DNA of 64,000 nt from Myxococcota bacterium. GTDB taxonomy: Bacteria > Myxococcota_A > UBA9160 > UBA6930. Below, in pieces: positions 17,995 through 26,349 of the stretch (within the stretch, counting starts at the first letter, position 1; each line of letters starts with the position of its first letter). The stretch is taken from contig JASJCN010000001.1 of assembly GCA_030065975.1 (NCBI GenBank), positions 4,294 to 68,293 on the forward strand. The letters run 5' to 3'. Below the pieces are notes generated by a model, which made no database searches, was not told the origin of the DNA, and saw only the letters and a program-made list of their open reading frames with translations. The position numbers were made by a program, and so were the translations under genes.

Positions 17995-19974
17995 GTGCAC
18001 ACCAGTGAGCAGCTCCTCACGCTGGTGATCCTGATCGGCGCGGCCGCCCTGGGGGCCGCGCTCTTCGAACGGCTGCGCCTGCCCGCCGTCGTCGGCTTCC
18101 TCTTCGCCGGCGCCCTGATCGGGCCCGGCGCACTCGGCCTCGTGTCCGACCCGGAGGTGGTCCTCACCCTGGCCGAGATCGGCGTCGTGTTCCTGCTCTT
18201 CGAGGTCGGGCTCGAGCTGCCCCTCGACCAGCTGCGCCGTCGCTGGTCGTCGCTGCTCCTGGCCGGGGGCATCCAGGTGGGCGCGACCCTCGGTCTGACC
18301 GCCGTCTTCTCGGTGGTGCTCGGCACTTCGTGGCAGACGGGGCTCGTGCTCGGCGCGATGGTGGCGCTCTCGAGCACCGCGGTCGTGATGCGCCTGCTGG
18401 CCGAGCGCGGTGAGCTGGACGCTCCCCACGGCCAGATCTCCGTCGGCATCCTGATCTTCCAGGACCTGTGCATCGTGCCTTTCCTGCTGGCGCTGCCGCT
18501 CCTGGCCGCGGGATCCGATCTGGGCCTCGCGCCGGTCGGCATGGCCGTGGGCCAGGCCGTGCTGGCCCTGGTGATCTTCACGGGGGCCGCCCGCTTCGTG
18601 CTGCCGCCGCTGCTCGACCGCGTCACGCGCGTGGGCTCGCGCGAGGTCTTCACCCTGGTCGCCGTGGTGGTCGTCCTGGGCGGCGCGCTGGTGGCCCAGG
18701 CCATGGGCCTGACCCTGGCGGTCGGCGCCTTCCTGGCCGGCATCATCCTGTCCTCGACGCTCTACGGCACCCAGCTGATCGCGGAGCTGGTCCCGCTCCG
18801 CGGCATCCTGCTCGGAGCCTTCTTCACCGCCGTGGGCATGCTGCTCGAGCCGGACATCCTGGTGTCCCAGACCGACGAGGTGCTGCTCTTCTTCGTCGCG
18901 TCGGTGGCGCTCAAGGCCGCGATCGTGTTCGTGACGGTCTGGGTGCTCGGCAACGGCTCGCGAGTCGCCGTGCTCTCCGCGCTGGCCCTCGCCCAGACCG
19001 GCGAGTTCTCGTTCGTGCTCGCGCGCGCGGCCGGCTCGGCGGGCCTGCTCGACGAAGAGCTCGCCGAGTCCTTCGTCGCGGCTTCGGTGCTCTCGCTGGT
19101 GGCGACGCCGCTCCTCATGCGCCTCGGCCCGACGATCGCCGCGAGGCTGCGGGGAGACGGGGGAGAGTCGGTCTCGGACGACGACGAGGAGGATCGGATC
19201 GTGCTGATCGGCTACGGCATGAGCGGCCAGACCCTGGGCCGCGTGCTGACCGGCATCGGCGTGCCGTGGATCGCGGTCGAGTCCAACGCCGGAAGCGTGC
19301 GCGAGGCGCGGGCGAAGGGCGAGAACGTGGTCTTCGGAGACGCCACTCGCGAGGACCTGCTGCGCCACGTGGGCGTGCCTCGCGCCCGGGCGGCCGTGAT
19401 CGCCATCAACGATCCGACGGCCACGCGCCAGGTGGTGACCCTCACCCGGCGCATCAATCCGACGGCCGCGATCTTCGCGCGCACCCGTTGGGTGCGCGAG
19501 GTCGACCGGCTGGCCATGTCGGGCGCCAACCACGTCGTCGCCGACGAGATGGAGGGCATCTTCGACCTGCTGGCCCAGGTGCTGCGCCGGGAGGGCATCC
19601 CCACGGGCTCGATCGAGCGCTTCCTCGAGGAGTTCCGCGAGGAGGGCTACGGCCTGGTCCAGGCGCTCCCCGATCTCGGCATCGACCCATGGCTGCTCGA
19701 GCTGCTCGAGAGCGTGACCACGGACTGGATCGACGCCGGGCCCCAGGTCGAGGGCCAGACCCTGCTGGGCCTCTCGGTGCGCGCCCGCACCGGGGCCGCG
19801 GTCCTGGCCGTCGAGCGCCGCGGGGCCACCACGCCCAACCCCGAGGCCGAGATGGCGCTCCGCGACGGGGATCGACTGCTCGTGTTCGGCTCCCGTTCGG
19901 CCGTATCAGAGGCGAGGGCATTGCTCGGGACGCCCGAGCCCGATGGGCCTGGAGACCCGGGATCGGGCCATTGA
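17995..19974 (+). CDS. monovalent cation:proton antiporter-2 (CPA2, KefB/KefC-like) with TrkA-N and TrkA-C domains
   Basis: N-terminal Na_H_exchanger-type TM domain, then IVLIGYGMSGQTLGRVL (RCK N) and a C-terminal TrkA-C-like GQTLLGLSVRARTGAAVLAVERRG. Confidence 0.85.
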   Translation: MHTSEQLLTLVILIGAAALGAALFERLRLPAVVGFLFAGALIGPGALGLVSDPEVVLTLAEIGVVFLLFEVGLELPLDQLRRRWSSLLLAGGIQVGATLGLTAVFSVVLGTSWQTGLVLGAMVALSSTAVVMRLLAERGELDAPHGQISVGILIFQDLCIVPFLLALPLLAAGSDLGLAPVGMAVGQAVLALVIFTGAARFVLPPLLDRVTRVGSREVFTLVAVVVVLGGALVAQAMGLTLAVGAFLAGIILSSTLYGTQLIAELVPLRGILLGAFFTAVGMLLEPDILVSQTDEVLLFFVASVALKAAIVFVTVWVLGNGSRVAVLSALALAQTGEFSFVLARAAGSAGLLDEELAESFVAASVLSLVATPLLMRLGPTIAARLRGDGGESVSDDDEEDRIVLIGYGMSGQTLGRVLTGIGVPWIAVESNAGSVREARAKGENVVFGDATREDLLRHVGVPRARAAVIAINDPTATRQVVTLTRRINPTAAIFARTRWVREVDRLAMSGANHVVADEMEGIFDLLAQVLRREGIPTGSIERFLEEFREEGYGLVQALPDLGIDPWLLELLESVTTDWIDAGPQVEGQTLLGLSVRARTGAAVLAVERRGATTPNPEAEMALRDGDRLLVFGSRSAVSEARALLGTPEPDGPGDPGSGH

Positions 19975-19987
19975 AGGAGGAGCCGGC

Positions 19988-20542
19988 ATGGGTTCGTTGA
20001 TCTTCTTGGGAGTCCTCGCCGCGATCGCGGTCTGGGGCGTCGGGATGTACAACCGGCTGGTGCGCCTGCGAAACGGGAGCGAGGGCGCGTGGAGCGACGT
20101 CGACGTCCAGCTCAAGCGCCGCTGGGACCTGATCCCGAACCTGGTCGAGACGGTGAAGGGCTACGCCCAGCACGAGAGCCAGACCTTCGAGGAGGTGACG
20201 AAGGCGCGGGCCCGGGCGATGGACGCGGGCGACGCCGCCTCGAAGTCCGAGGCCGAGGGGGCGCTCTCGCGCGTGCTGGGCAACCTGTTCGCCGTGGCCG
20301 AGGCCTACCCCGAGCTGCGCGCCAACGAGAACTTCCTCTCGCTCCAGGGCGAGCTCACGAAGATCGAAGAGGCGATCCAGAACGCGCGCCGGTACTACAA
20401 CGCCATCGTGCGCGACCTGAATACGGCCTGCGAGGAGTTCCCGAGCAACGTCGTGGCCGGGGTGACGGGCTTCGTGAAGAAGGACTACTTCGAGCTCGAC
20501 ACCGAGGCCGAGCGCTCCGCGCCCCAGGTCTCCTTCTCGTAG
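19988..20542 (+). CDS. lemA: LemA family protein
   Basis: GAAGGAGGAG RBS. N-terminal TM, then YNRLVRLRNGSEGAWSDVDVQLKRRWDLIPNLVETVKGYAQHE and RRYYNAIVRDLN. Confidence 0.9.
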   Translation: MGSLIFLGVLAAIAVWGVGMYNRLVRLRNGSEGAWSDVDVQLKRRWDLIPNLVETVKGYAQHESQTFEEVTKARARAMDAGDAASKSEAEGALSRVLGNLFAVAEAYPELRANENFLSLQGELTKIEEAIQNARRYYNAIVRDLNTACEEFPSNVVAGVTGFVKKDYFELDTEAERSAPQVSFS

Positions 20543-20550
20543 GCCGCGAC

Positions 20551-22257
20551 GTGCGTCTGCGTGTCGCCGCCTGTCTGTGCGGGCTGCTCTGGCTGGCCGG
20601 AGGAGCCGCAGCGGAGCGCATCGAGCGCTTCGACGTCGAGATCCGCGCCGACGGGAGCGATGCCTTCGAGGTGCTCGAGAAGATCCGTTACGACTTCGAG
20701 AGCGCGAGCCGCCACGGCATCTACCGCACCATCCCCGTGCGCTACGGCCGCGGGCGCGCGGCCGACTACCGCATCGCCCTCGACGTGCTCGAGGTGACCG
20801 ATGCCGCGGGAGCCTCGCGCCCCTACCGCGTCCGGAAGGCCGGCTCGGATCTCGAGATCCGCATCGGGAGCGCGGACCGGAAGGTCTCCGGCGTCCAGGA
20901 CTACTGGGTCCGCTACCGGATCCGCCGCGCCGTGCTTTGGTTCGAGGAGCACGACGAGATCTACTGGAACGTCACCGGCAACGCCTGGGGCATCCCCATC
21001 GACTCCGCCTCGGCGCTGGTGATCCTGCCCGAGATCCCGCAGTGGACCGAGACGGCCTGCTTCACGGGAAGGCAGGGGTCGGTGGCTTCTGCCTGCACCA
21101 CCGCTCCCTCCGGCGCGCTGGTCGCCTTCGAGTCCGACGTGCCTCTCGGGCCGGGCGAGGGGCTGACCCTGGTGCTCGGGCTGCCGAAGGGGCTCCTGGC
21201 CGAGCCGTCGGAGCTCTCCCGCTTCCTCGATCGCGTCTCCGACTACGTGAGCGGGTTCAGCCTGATCCCCGTCGCCGTTTTCGCGGCGATGTTCGCCTTC
21301 TGGCGGCGTCACGGCCGCGACGTCGGCGTCGGCGACGCACTGCCGGTGCGCTACGAGCCGCCCGACGGGCTCTCGCCGGCGGAGGTGGGCACCGTCGTCG
21401 ACGAGAAGGTCGACCTCCCCGACATCACTTCCACCATCCTCGACCTCGCGATCCGCGGCTTCCTGCGCATCGAAGAGGAGGAGAGCAGCGGCTTCCTCTT
21501 CCTCGAGACGAAGGACGTGCGCCTGCGCAAGCTGCGCGAGGGAAAGGACCTGAAGCGCCACGAGGCGATCCTCTTCAACCGGCTCTTCTCGGGCGGCATG
21601 GACTCGGTGCTGGTCTCGTCGCTGAAGGACAAGTTCTACACCAACCTTCCCGAGATCCGCGAAGCGCTGTACCTCGAGGTCAGCCACACGAAGGGCTTCT
21701 TCCCCTCGTCGCCGGATAAGGTGCGTCGCAACTGGGGGGCGGGCGGCGTCGTCCTCGGCGTCCTCGCGGTGCTCGCCTTCGTGATGCTGCAGCGGCTCGA
21801 CGCGGCGATCGCGCTCGGGGCGGCCGGTGCCATCGTGCTCGCGTTCTCGCGCTCGATGCCGCGCCGCACGCGGCGGGGCCGCAAGGCGTACGAGGAGATC
21901 CTGGGCTTCCGCGAGTTCCTGCAGCGGGTCGAGGCGGATCGCCTCGAGCGCAGTGGCGGGCGGACCGCGGGCCGCTTCGAGGCCATCCTTCCCCACGCGA
22001 TCGTGCTCGGGGCGGCCGACGAGTGGGCCAACGCCTTCTCGGACGTCTACAGCGAGCCGCCGGACTGGTACGTGAGCCGCCACCGCGGCCCCTTCAATCC
22101 GGTGATCCTCGTGAACGACGTGGGAAGCTCGCTCTCGACCATCGGCAAGAGCGTCTCCTCCCAGCCGGCGCCAAAGGGCGGCTCCGGGAGCAGCGGGCTC
22201 GGCGGCGGGGGCTTCAGCGGGGGCGGCTTCGGCGGTGGAGGCGGAGGCAGCTGGTAG
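20551..22257 (+). CDS. DUF2207-type membrane protein (usual LemA partner)
   Basis: GTG start 9 nt after the lemA stop. Signal peptide, ERIERFDVEIRADGS...YWVRYRIRRAV..YWNVTG, several TM helices, and a Gly-rich tail GGSGSSGLGGGGFSGGGFGGGGGGSW. Confidence 0.85.
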   Translation: MRLRVAACLCGLLWLAGGAAAERIERFDVEIRADGSDAFEVLEKIRYDFESASRHGIYRTIPVRYGRGRAADYRIALDVLEVTDAAGASRPYRVRKAGSDLEIRIGSADRKVSGVQDYWVRYRIRRAVLWFEEHDEIYWNVTGNAWGIPIDSASALVILPEIPQWTETACFTGRQGSVASACTTAPSGALVAFESDVPLGPGEGLTLVLGLPKGLLAEPSELSRFLDRVSDYVSGFSLIPVAVFAAMFAFWRRHGRDVGVGDALPVRYEPPDGLSPAEVGTVVDEKVDLPDITSTILDLAIRGFLRIEEEESSGFLFLETKDVRLRKLREGKDLKRHEAILFNRLFSGGMDSVLVSSLKDKFYTNLPEIREALYLEVSHTKGFFPSSPDKVRRNWGAGGVVLGVLAVLAFVMLQRLDAAIALGAAGAIVLAFSRSMPRRTRRGRKAYEEILGFREFLQRVEADRLERSGGRTAGRFEAILPHAIVLGAADEWANAFSDVYSEPPDWYVSRHRGPFNPVILVNDVGSSLSTIGKSVSSQPAPKGGSGSSGLGGGGFSGGGFGGGGGGSW

Positions 22258-22289
22258 GGCCTCTTGCTCGCCCCGCGCCCCCGGGCTAG

Positions 22290-22311
22290 TTTCCAACTAA
22301 TCGGTTGGGAA
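22290..22311. promoter_or_regulatory. candidate TetR operator TTTCCAAC-N6-GTTGGGAA, immediately upstream of the tetR start
   Basis: Imperfect inverted repeat 6 nt upstream of ATG 22317. Same half-sites and spacing as the perfect site at 22963-22990. Confidence 0.5.
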
Positions 22312-22316
22312 TCCTG

Positions 22317-22913
22317 ATGGCGCGACCCCGCTCATTCGAGCCGGACGAGGTCCTCGATCTGGCCATGCAGCTCTTCTGGCAGAAGGGCTACGAGGCCACG
22401 TCCGTCCAGGACCTCGAGGCCGCCATGGGGATCAACCGCTACTCGCTCTACAACACGTTCGGCGACAAGCACCAGCTCTACCTGGCATGTCTCGACCGCT
22501 ACCGCGACCGCATGGTCGCGGAGATGACCTGCGGCCTGGAGCACGGAAGCGAGGGGCTCCAGGCGATTCGCGACTTCATGAACGCCTTTCGCGGCAAGGC
22601 GCCCGATGCGATGGGCCGCGGCTGCTTCATGGTCAACTGCGCCGTCGAGCAGTCCCACGACGATCCCGAGGCGGCCTCGCGCATCCTGGCCCACGCCGAG
22701 CGTCTCGAGGCCGCGTTCCTCGCGGCCCTCACCCGCGCCCGCGCGTCGGGCGAGCTCGGCAGCGAGCACGACCTCGACGACCTGGCCCGCTACCTGGTCG
22801 TGGCCACGAACGGAATCCTGGTGGGCGTCCGGATGCGCCAGCCGCTCGACGCCCTGGACGCCGGCCTGCGCATGATCGTCTCCCAGGTCGATTCGTGGGA
22901 GCAGGTGGCATGA
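22317..22913 (+). CDS. TetR/AcrR family transcriptional regulator
   Basis: HTH region ATSVQDLEAAMGINRYSLYNTFGDKHQLY. ATG 22317 preferred over the TTG at 22305. Confidence 0.85.
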   Translation: MARPRSFEPDEVLDLAMQLFWQKGYEATSVQDLEAAMGINRYSLYNTFGDKHQLYLACLDRYRDRMVAEMTCGLEHGSEGLQAIRDFMNAFRGKAPDAMGRGCFMVNCAVEQSHDDPEAASRILAHAERLEAAFLAALTRARASGELGSEHDLDDLARYLVVATNGILVGVRMRQPLDALDAGLRMIVSQVDSWEQVA

Positions 22914-22962
22914 CGCCGGAGCGCCGGCGATCCCGGGCCCGACGGGGCCCTTTTCTTTGGCC

Positions 22963-22990
22963 CAGTTTCCAACCGTTTGGTTGGAAACTG
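22963..22990. promoter_or_regulatory. perfect 12-bp inverted repeat CAGTTTCCAACC-N4-GGTTGGAAACTG (core TTTCCAAC-N6-GTTGGAAA)
   Basis: Read directly from the sequence. Lies between the tetR stop (22913) and the small secreted-protein gene (23088). Confidence 0.6.
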
Positions 22991-23087
22991 GTCGATTCCC
23001 GCTGGCCTCGTTCGTCCCCTGGACGAGACCGTCCACCGCTTCACCCGCTTCACCCGGTTCCATGTGCGCCCACACGAGGAGTCCAAG

Positions 23088-23507
23088 ATGCTTCGATTCA
23101 CCACCATCCCGTTGGCCGCCCTGCTGCTCTCGCTCGCGGTTCCCACCGGCTCGTGGGCCCAGCCCGGAGACGCGGCGCTGGCTGCCGTTCGACCCGGCGG
23201 CTCACGCATCGAGCTCGCCAACGAAGGGCCGACCCCCGCGCGCGCGGAGGTTCCCCGAGGTGATCGCTTCACGCTGGTGAACGCCTCGGAGACGTCGGCG
23301 CGCGTGGTCTTCGACAAGAAGGCGGTCAAGCGCGTCACGTGCATGGAGCCCGACGCCCAGACCGGCCGCCGCGGCCAGTACCTGGTTCGCTCGGGCCAGG
23401 TGCTCTCGTGCAGCCTCGAGGGCGGCGACGCCCGCTACTCGGTGTACCGCCAGCTGCCCGGCGGCTCACTCGACGTCACGAAGGGACGCGTCGATCTCGG
23501 GAGCTAG
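23088..23507 (+). CDS. small secreted protein (139 aa), unknown function
   Basis: GAGGAG RBS. Signal peptide MLRFTTIPLAALLLSLAVPTGSWA-QP. Beta-rich mature part with two Cys. Confidence 0.6.
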   Translation: MLRFTTIPLAALLLSLAVPTGSWAQPGDAALAAVRPGGSRIELANEGPTPARAEVPRGDRFTLVNASETSARVVFDKKAVKRVTCMEPDAQTGRRGQYLVRSGQVLSCSLEGGDARYSVYRQLPGGSLDVTKGRVDLGS

Positions 23508-23669
23508 CAGGATGCTGAAGAAGTCTCCCGTCGCCTCGCACGCGCCTGGAACCCGATCTCTGCGTTGCGAAACCATCGCCGTAGCGCCGCTACGGCTCCG
23601 GTGTCGCGCCTTGATCTCGGGCCCCATTCGCGCACGAGGCTCGGTCCGACGTTCTTCAGCAGCCTGCTA
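23505..23669. repeat. ~165-bp imperfect long palindrome between convergent genes
   Basis: Terminal 18-nt arms TAGCAGGATGCTGAAGAA and TTCTTCAGCAGCCTGCTA are complementary with 1 mismatch. Partial arm complementarity continues inward. Central hairpin CCGTAGC-GCC-GCTACGG. Confidence 0.55.
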
Positions 23670-23734
23670 GCGCTGTCCCCGAAACGGCCGCTCCCAGCGG
23701 GCCGGTCGCCACCGCGGCCGGCCCGCATCGCGCC

Positions 23735-23929
23735 TCAGCGCGACGCCATGCTGCGCAGCGCGTCCCGGGTCGGGACCGGCTCGCCCTCCAGCAGGAACTC
23801 CACGCGTGCACCCGAGATCAGCTCGAACTGCTCCCCCACCGGGAGCCCCAGCCACTCGGCCGCAGCGAGGAGGTTGTGGCCCGATCCCATCCGGATCGCC
23901 ACCTGGTCGAACGCGAGCTCGCTCTTCAT
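23735..23929 (-). CDS. small protein (64 aa) translationally coupled to amt; unknown function
   Basis: ATGA start/stop overlap with amt at 23926-23929. MKSELAFDQVAIRMGSGHNLLAAAEWLGLPVGEQFELISGARVEFLLEGEPVPTRDALRSMASR. Confidence 0.5.
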   Translation of the reverse strand: MKSELAFDQVAIRMGSGHNLLAAAEWLGLPVGEQFELISGARVEFLLEGEPVPTRDALRSMASR

Positions 23930-25206
23930 CGACGCGCGGCCTCGCCCAGCAGGGCGCGCAGCTCGTCGGGATCGAGTCCCGTCGGTGCCGAGTTCGCCGC
24001 TTCTTCCTCTCCCGAGAACCCCAGGTGGATGCCCGCGCGCTCCTCTGCAGGGGAGACGCGCAGGCCCACGCTGCGCCGGACGGCCTGGAAGACCAGCCAG
24101 CCGACGGCACCCGCCCAGGCCACGCAGACGCCCGCACCCAGAGCCTGCACCCCCAGCTGGGTGAGTCGGTCGTGGGGAAGCAGATCGGCCCGCCCGAAGA
24201 TCGCGACGCAGAGCACGCCCCAGACTCCGCACACGGCGTGGACCGGGACGGCACCCACCGGGTCATCGATCCGGGCCCGACGCAGGAGCCACTCCGACGC
24301 CAGGTTGTGGAGCACACCGGCGCTCGCACCCACCGCGAGCGCGCCCAAGGGCGATACCACGTTGGCGCAGGCGGTGATGGCCACGAGGCCGCTCAGGAGG
24401 CCACCGACGAGCTTGATCTCGATCTCGCGATTGGCCTGGAAGCGTCGTGCGTGGGCGAAGCCCACGAGCGATCCGGCGCAGGCGGCGAGGTTCGTGTTCA
24501 CGATGATGCCACCGACCGAGCCGTCGAAGGCGAGGGCGCTGCCCCCGTTGAAGCCCCACCAACCCACCCACAAGACGGTTACGCCGAGCAGGCTCAGGGA
24601 GAAGCTGTGAGTGTCCAGGTTTCGCGTCGATCCGTCGGCAGCGAATCGCCCGAGGCGCGGGCCCATGATCCAGGCTCCGACGAGACCCACGACGCCACCC
24701 ACGGCATGGACCACGCTCGAGCCCGCGAAGTCGCGGTAGCCGATCGCCTCGAGCCAACCGGGGCTACCGGTCAACGCACCTCCCCAGACCCAGTGGCCGA
24801 AGACGGGATAGATCAGCAGCGCCATCAACGACGACGCGACCAGGTAGGAGACGATGCTCGCCCGACCCGCGATGGCACCCGACACGATGGTCGCGGCCGT
24901 TGCGGCGAAGCCGAGCTGGAAGAGGAAGAAGAGGGAGTCCCGGCCGCCGACGCCGATGCCGAGCAGTGCGGGCCCACTGCCGATCCAGCCGCCTGCACTC
25001 GCTCCGAACATCAGCCCGAAGCCGACGAGGCTGAACGCGACCCCCACGACCACCCAGTCGAGGGTGTTCTTCATCGCGGTGGCCGTCGCGTGACGGGTCT
25101 GCACCAGGCCGACCTCGAGGCAGAGGAACCCGGCCTGCATCAGGAACACGAGCCCGGCCGCCACCAACAGCCAGAGCTCGTCGGCTCCGAAGGGACCCTC
25201 TTGCAC
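23926..25206 (-). CDS. amt: ammonium transporter (Amt family)
   Basis: LVFLMQAGFLCLEVGLVQTRHATATAMKNTLD, SSVVHAVGGVVGLVGAWIMGPRLGRF, VPVHAVCGVWGVL: typical Amt motifs across 11 TM segments. Confidence 0.9.
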   Translation of the reverse strand: MQEGPFGADELWLLVAAGLVFLMQAGFLCLEVGLVQTRHATATAMKNTLDWVVVGVAFSLVGFGLMFGASAGGWIGSGPALLGIGVGGRDSLFFLFQLGFAATAATIVSGAIAGRASIVSYLVASSLMALLIYPVFGHWVWGGALTGSPGWLEAIGYRDFAGSSVVHAVGGVVGLVGAWIMGPRLGRFAADGSTRNLDTHSFSLSLLGVTVLWVGWWGFNGGSALAFDGSVGGIIVNTNLAACAGSLVGFAHARRFQANREIEIKLVGGLLSGLVAITACANVVSPLGALAVGASAGVLHNLASEWLLRRARIDDPVGAVPVHAVCGVWGVLCVAIFGRADLLPHDRLTQLGVQALGAGVCVAWAGAVGWLVFQAVRRSVGLRVSPAEERAGIHLGFSGEEEAANSAPTGLDPDELRALLGEAARR

Positions 25207-25301
25207 GCGGACACTCCCGGGATCTGAACGGCGCTCAGATCGATCGGTACGTCGGAGTGTCCGCTTGAGCTACAGACCGCCCAATCGTGCCCCAATGAAA
25301 G

Positions 25302-25335
25302 CCCCGGAGTGCGCGGATATACGCACACTCCGGGG
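25302..25335 (-). terminator. hairpin downstream of the hsp20 pair (possible intrinsic terminator)
   Basis: Perfect 10-bp stem CCCCGGAGTG/CACTCCGGGG plus 3 inner pairs, starting 9 nt after the hsp20 stop. Only a weak T-tract (GCTTTCATT) follows on the minus strand. Confidence 0.45.
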
Positions 25336-25343
25336 GGGCAGAC

Positions 25344-25751
25344 TCAGGCTGCGCGCACCTCGATGCTGCGCGGCTTCCGGGCCTCGCTCTTCGGGAGCCG
25401 GAGCTCGAGTACGCCGTTTCGCAGCTCCGCCGTCACCGCGGCGGCGTCGATGCCCTCGGAGATCCGGAACTCGCGGTGGTAGCCACCGGGTCGGTACTCG
25501 GTGTGCAGCGGAGTGGTCACCGCCCCGTCGGGCGCCGGCGCGGGGACGTCGAGGCGCAGCACACCGTCCTCGAGCCGGACGTCCAAGGCCTTCTCGTCGA
25601 CGCCCGGGAGGTCCACGTGGATGAGGTAGCCGTCGCGGCTCTCGAGGATGTCCACGTCGGGCCGGTACACGGGGCCGGGACGCGTGCCCTCACCGGCCAC
25701 GGGCTGCTTCTCGCTCGCAGTGAGCTCCTGCGTCGCTTCTCGGTCGGTCAT
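25344..25751 (-). CDS. Hsp20/alpha-crystallin family small heat-shock protein
   Basis: Internal ATG of ORF 25344..26183. DILESRDGYLIHVDLPGVDEKALDVRLEDGVLRL ... AELRNGVLELRLPK. Confidence 0.85.
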   Translation of the reverse strand: MTDREATQELTASEKQPVAGEGTRPGPVYRPDVDILESRDGYLIHVDLPGVDEKALDVRLEDGVLRLDVPAPAPDGAVTTPLHTEYRPGGYHREFRISEGIDAAAVTAELRNGVLELRLPKSEARKPRSIEVRAA

Positions 25752-25762
25752 CACGTCCTCCT

Positions 25763-26212
25763 CTAGCTGGCCTGCACGTTGATCTGTCGCGGCTGGAACT
25801 CGGGCGCCTTGGGCAGCCGGAGCTCGAGCACGCCGTTGCGGTGGAAGGCCTCGACCTTCTCCGCATCGATGGTCGCCGGCAGCTCGAACGCGCGGCGGAA
25901 GCTCCCGGTGCGACGCTCCCGGCGGTGCACGGCGTGCTCCTCCGGGGTCGCGGGGTGGGGCTTGCGCTCGCCCTGGATCATCACGGTGGCGCCTTCCAGC
26001 GAGACCTGGATGTCCGCGGGGGCCACGCCAGGCAGCTCGGCCGTCAGCACGAAGCCCTCGCTCGTCTCCTCGAGGTTCACCGGCGGGAACACGCCCCGCG
26101 AGCTCGCCACCGGGCGGCCTGCGCCGTAGTGATCGAAGAGCCCGTCCAGGTCGCGACGCAGCTCGTCGAAGAGGCTTCCCCACGGGCGATGGGTTCGGGT
26201 CAAGGTCATCAC
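25763..26212 (-). CDS. Hsp20/alpha-crystallin family small heat-shock protein
   Basis: VNLEETSEGFVLTAELPGVAPADIQVSLEGATVMIQGER ... AFHRNGVLELRLPK. Confidence 0.9.
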   Translation of the reverse strand: MMTLTRTHRPWGSLFDELRRDLDGLFDHYGAGRPVASSRGVFPPVNLEETSEGFVLTAELPGVAPADIQVSLEGATVMIQGERKPHPATPEEHAVHRRERRTGSFRRAFELPATIDAEKVEAFHRNGVLELRLPKAPEFQPRQINVQAS

Positions 26213-26273
26213 ACGTCTCCTCTTGCCAGGCGGTCCTTCGCCGCCGTTGGAAGAGGGCTCGTCACCCCGGCGC

Positions 26274-26317
26274 GGCTGTCAAACGCCGGGCACCGCACGG
26301 AGCTGCGCTTGACAGCC
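26274..26317. promoter_or_regulatory. inverted repeat GGCTGTCAAACG-N20-CGCTTGACAGCC upstream of the hsp20 operon
   Basis: 12-nt arms complementary with 1 mismatch, 62-105 nt upstream of ATG 26212. Each arm carries a TTGACA-like hexamer on one strand. Confidence 0.35.
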
Positions 26318-26349
26318 CCGGAGGCGTGCACAGACATAGGGGTCGAGCG

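Noticed and set aside
25277-25294. Sigma-54-like sequence TGGGGCACGATTGGGCGG (minus strand) upstream of amt
   Set aside because: The GG/GC spacing is off by one and the -12 element is GGCG rather than TTGC. Too weak to call without a scoring matrix.
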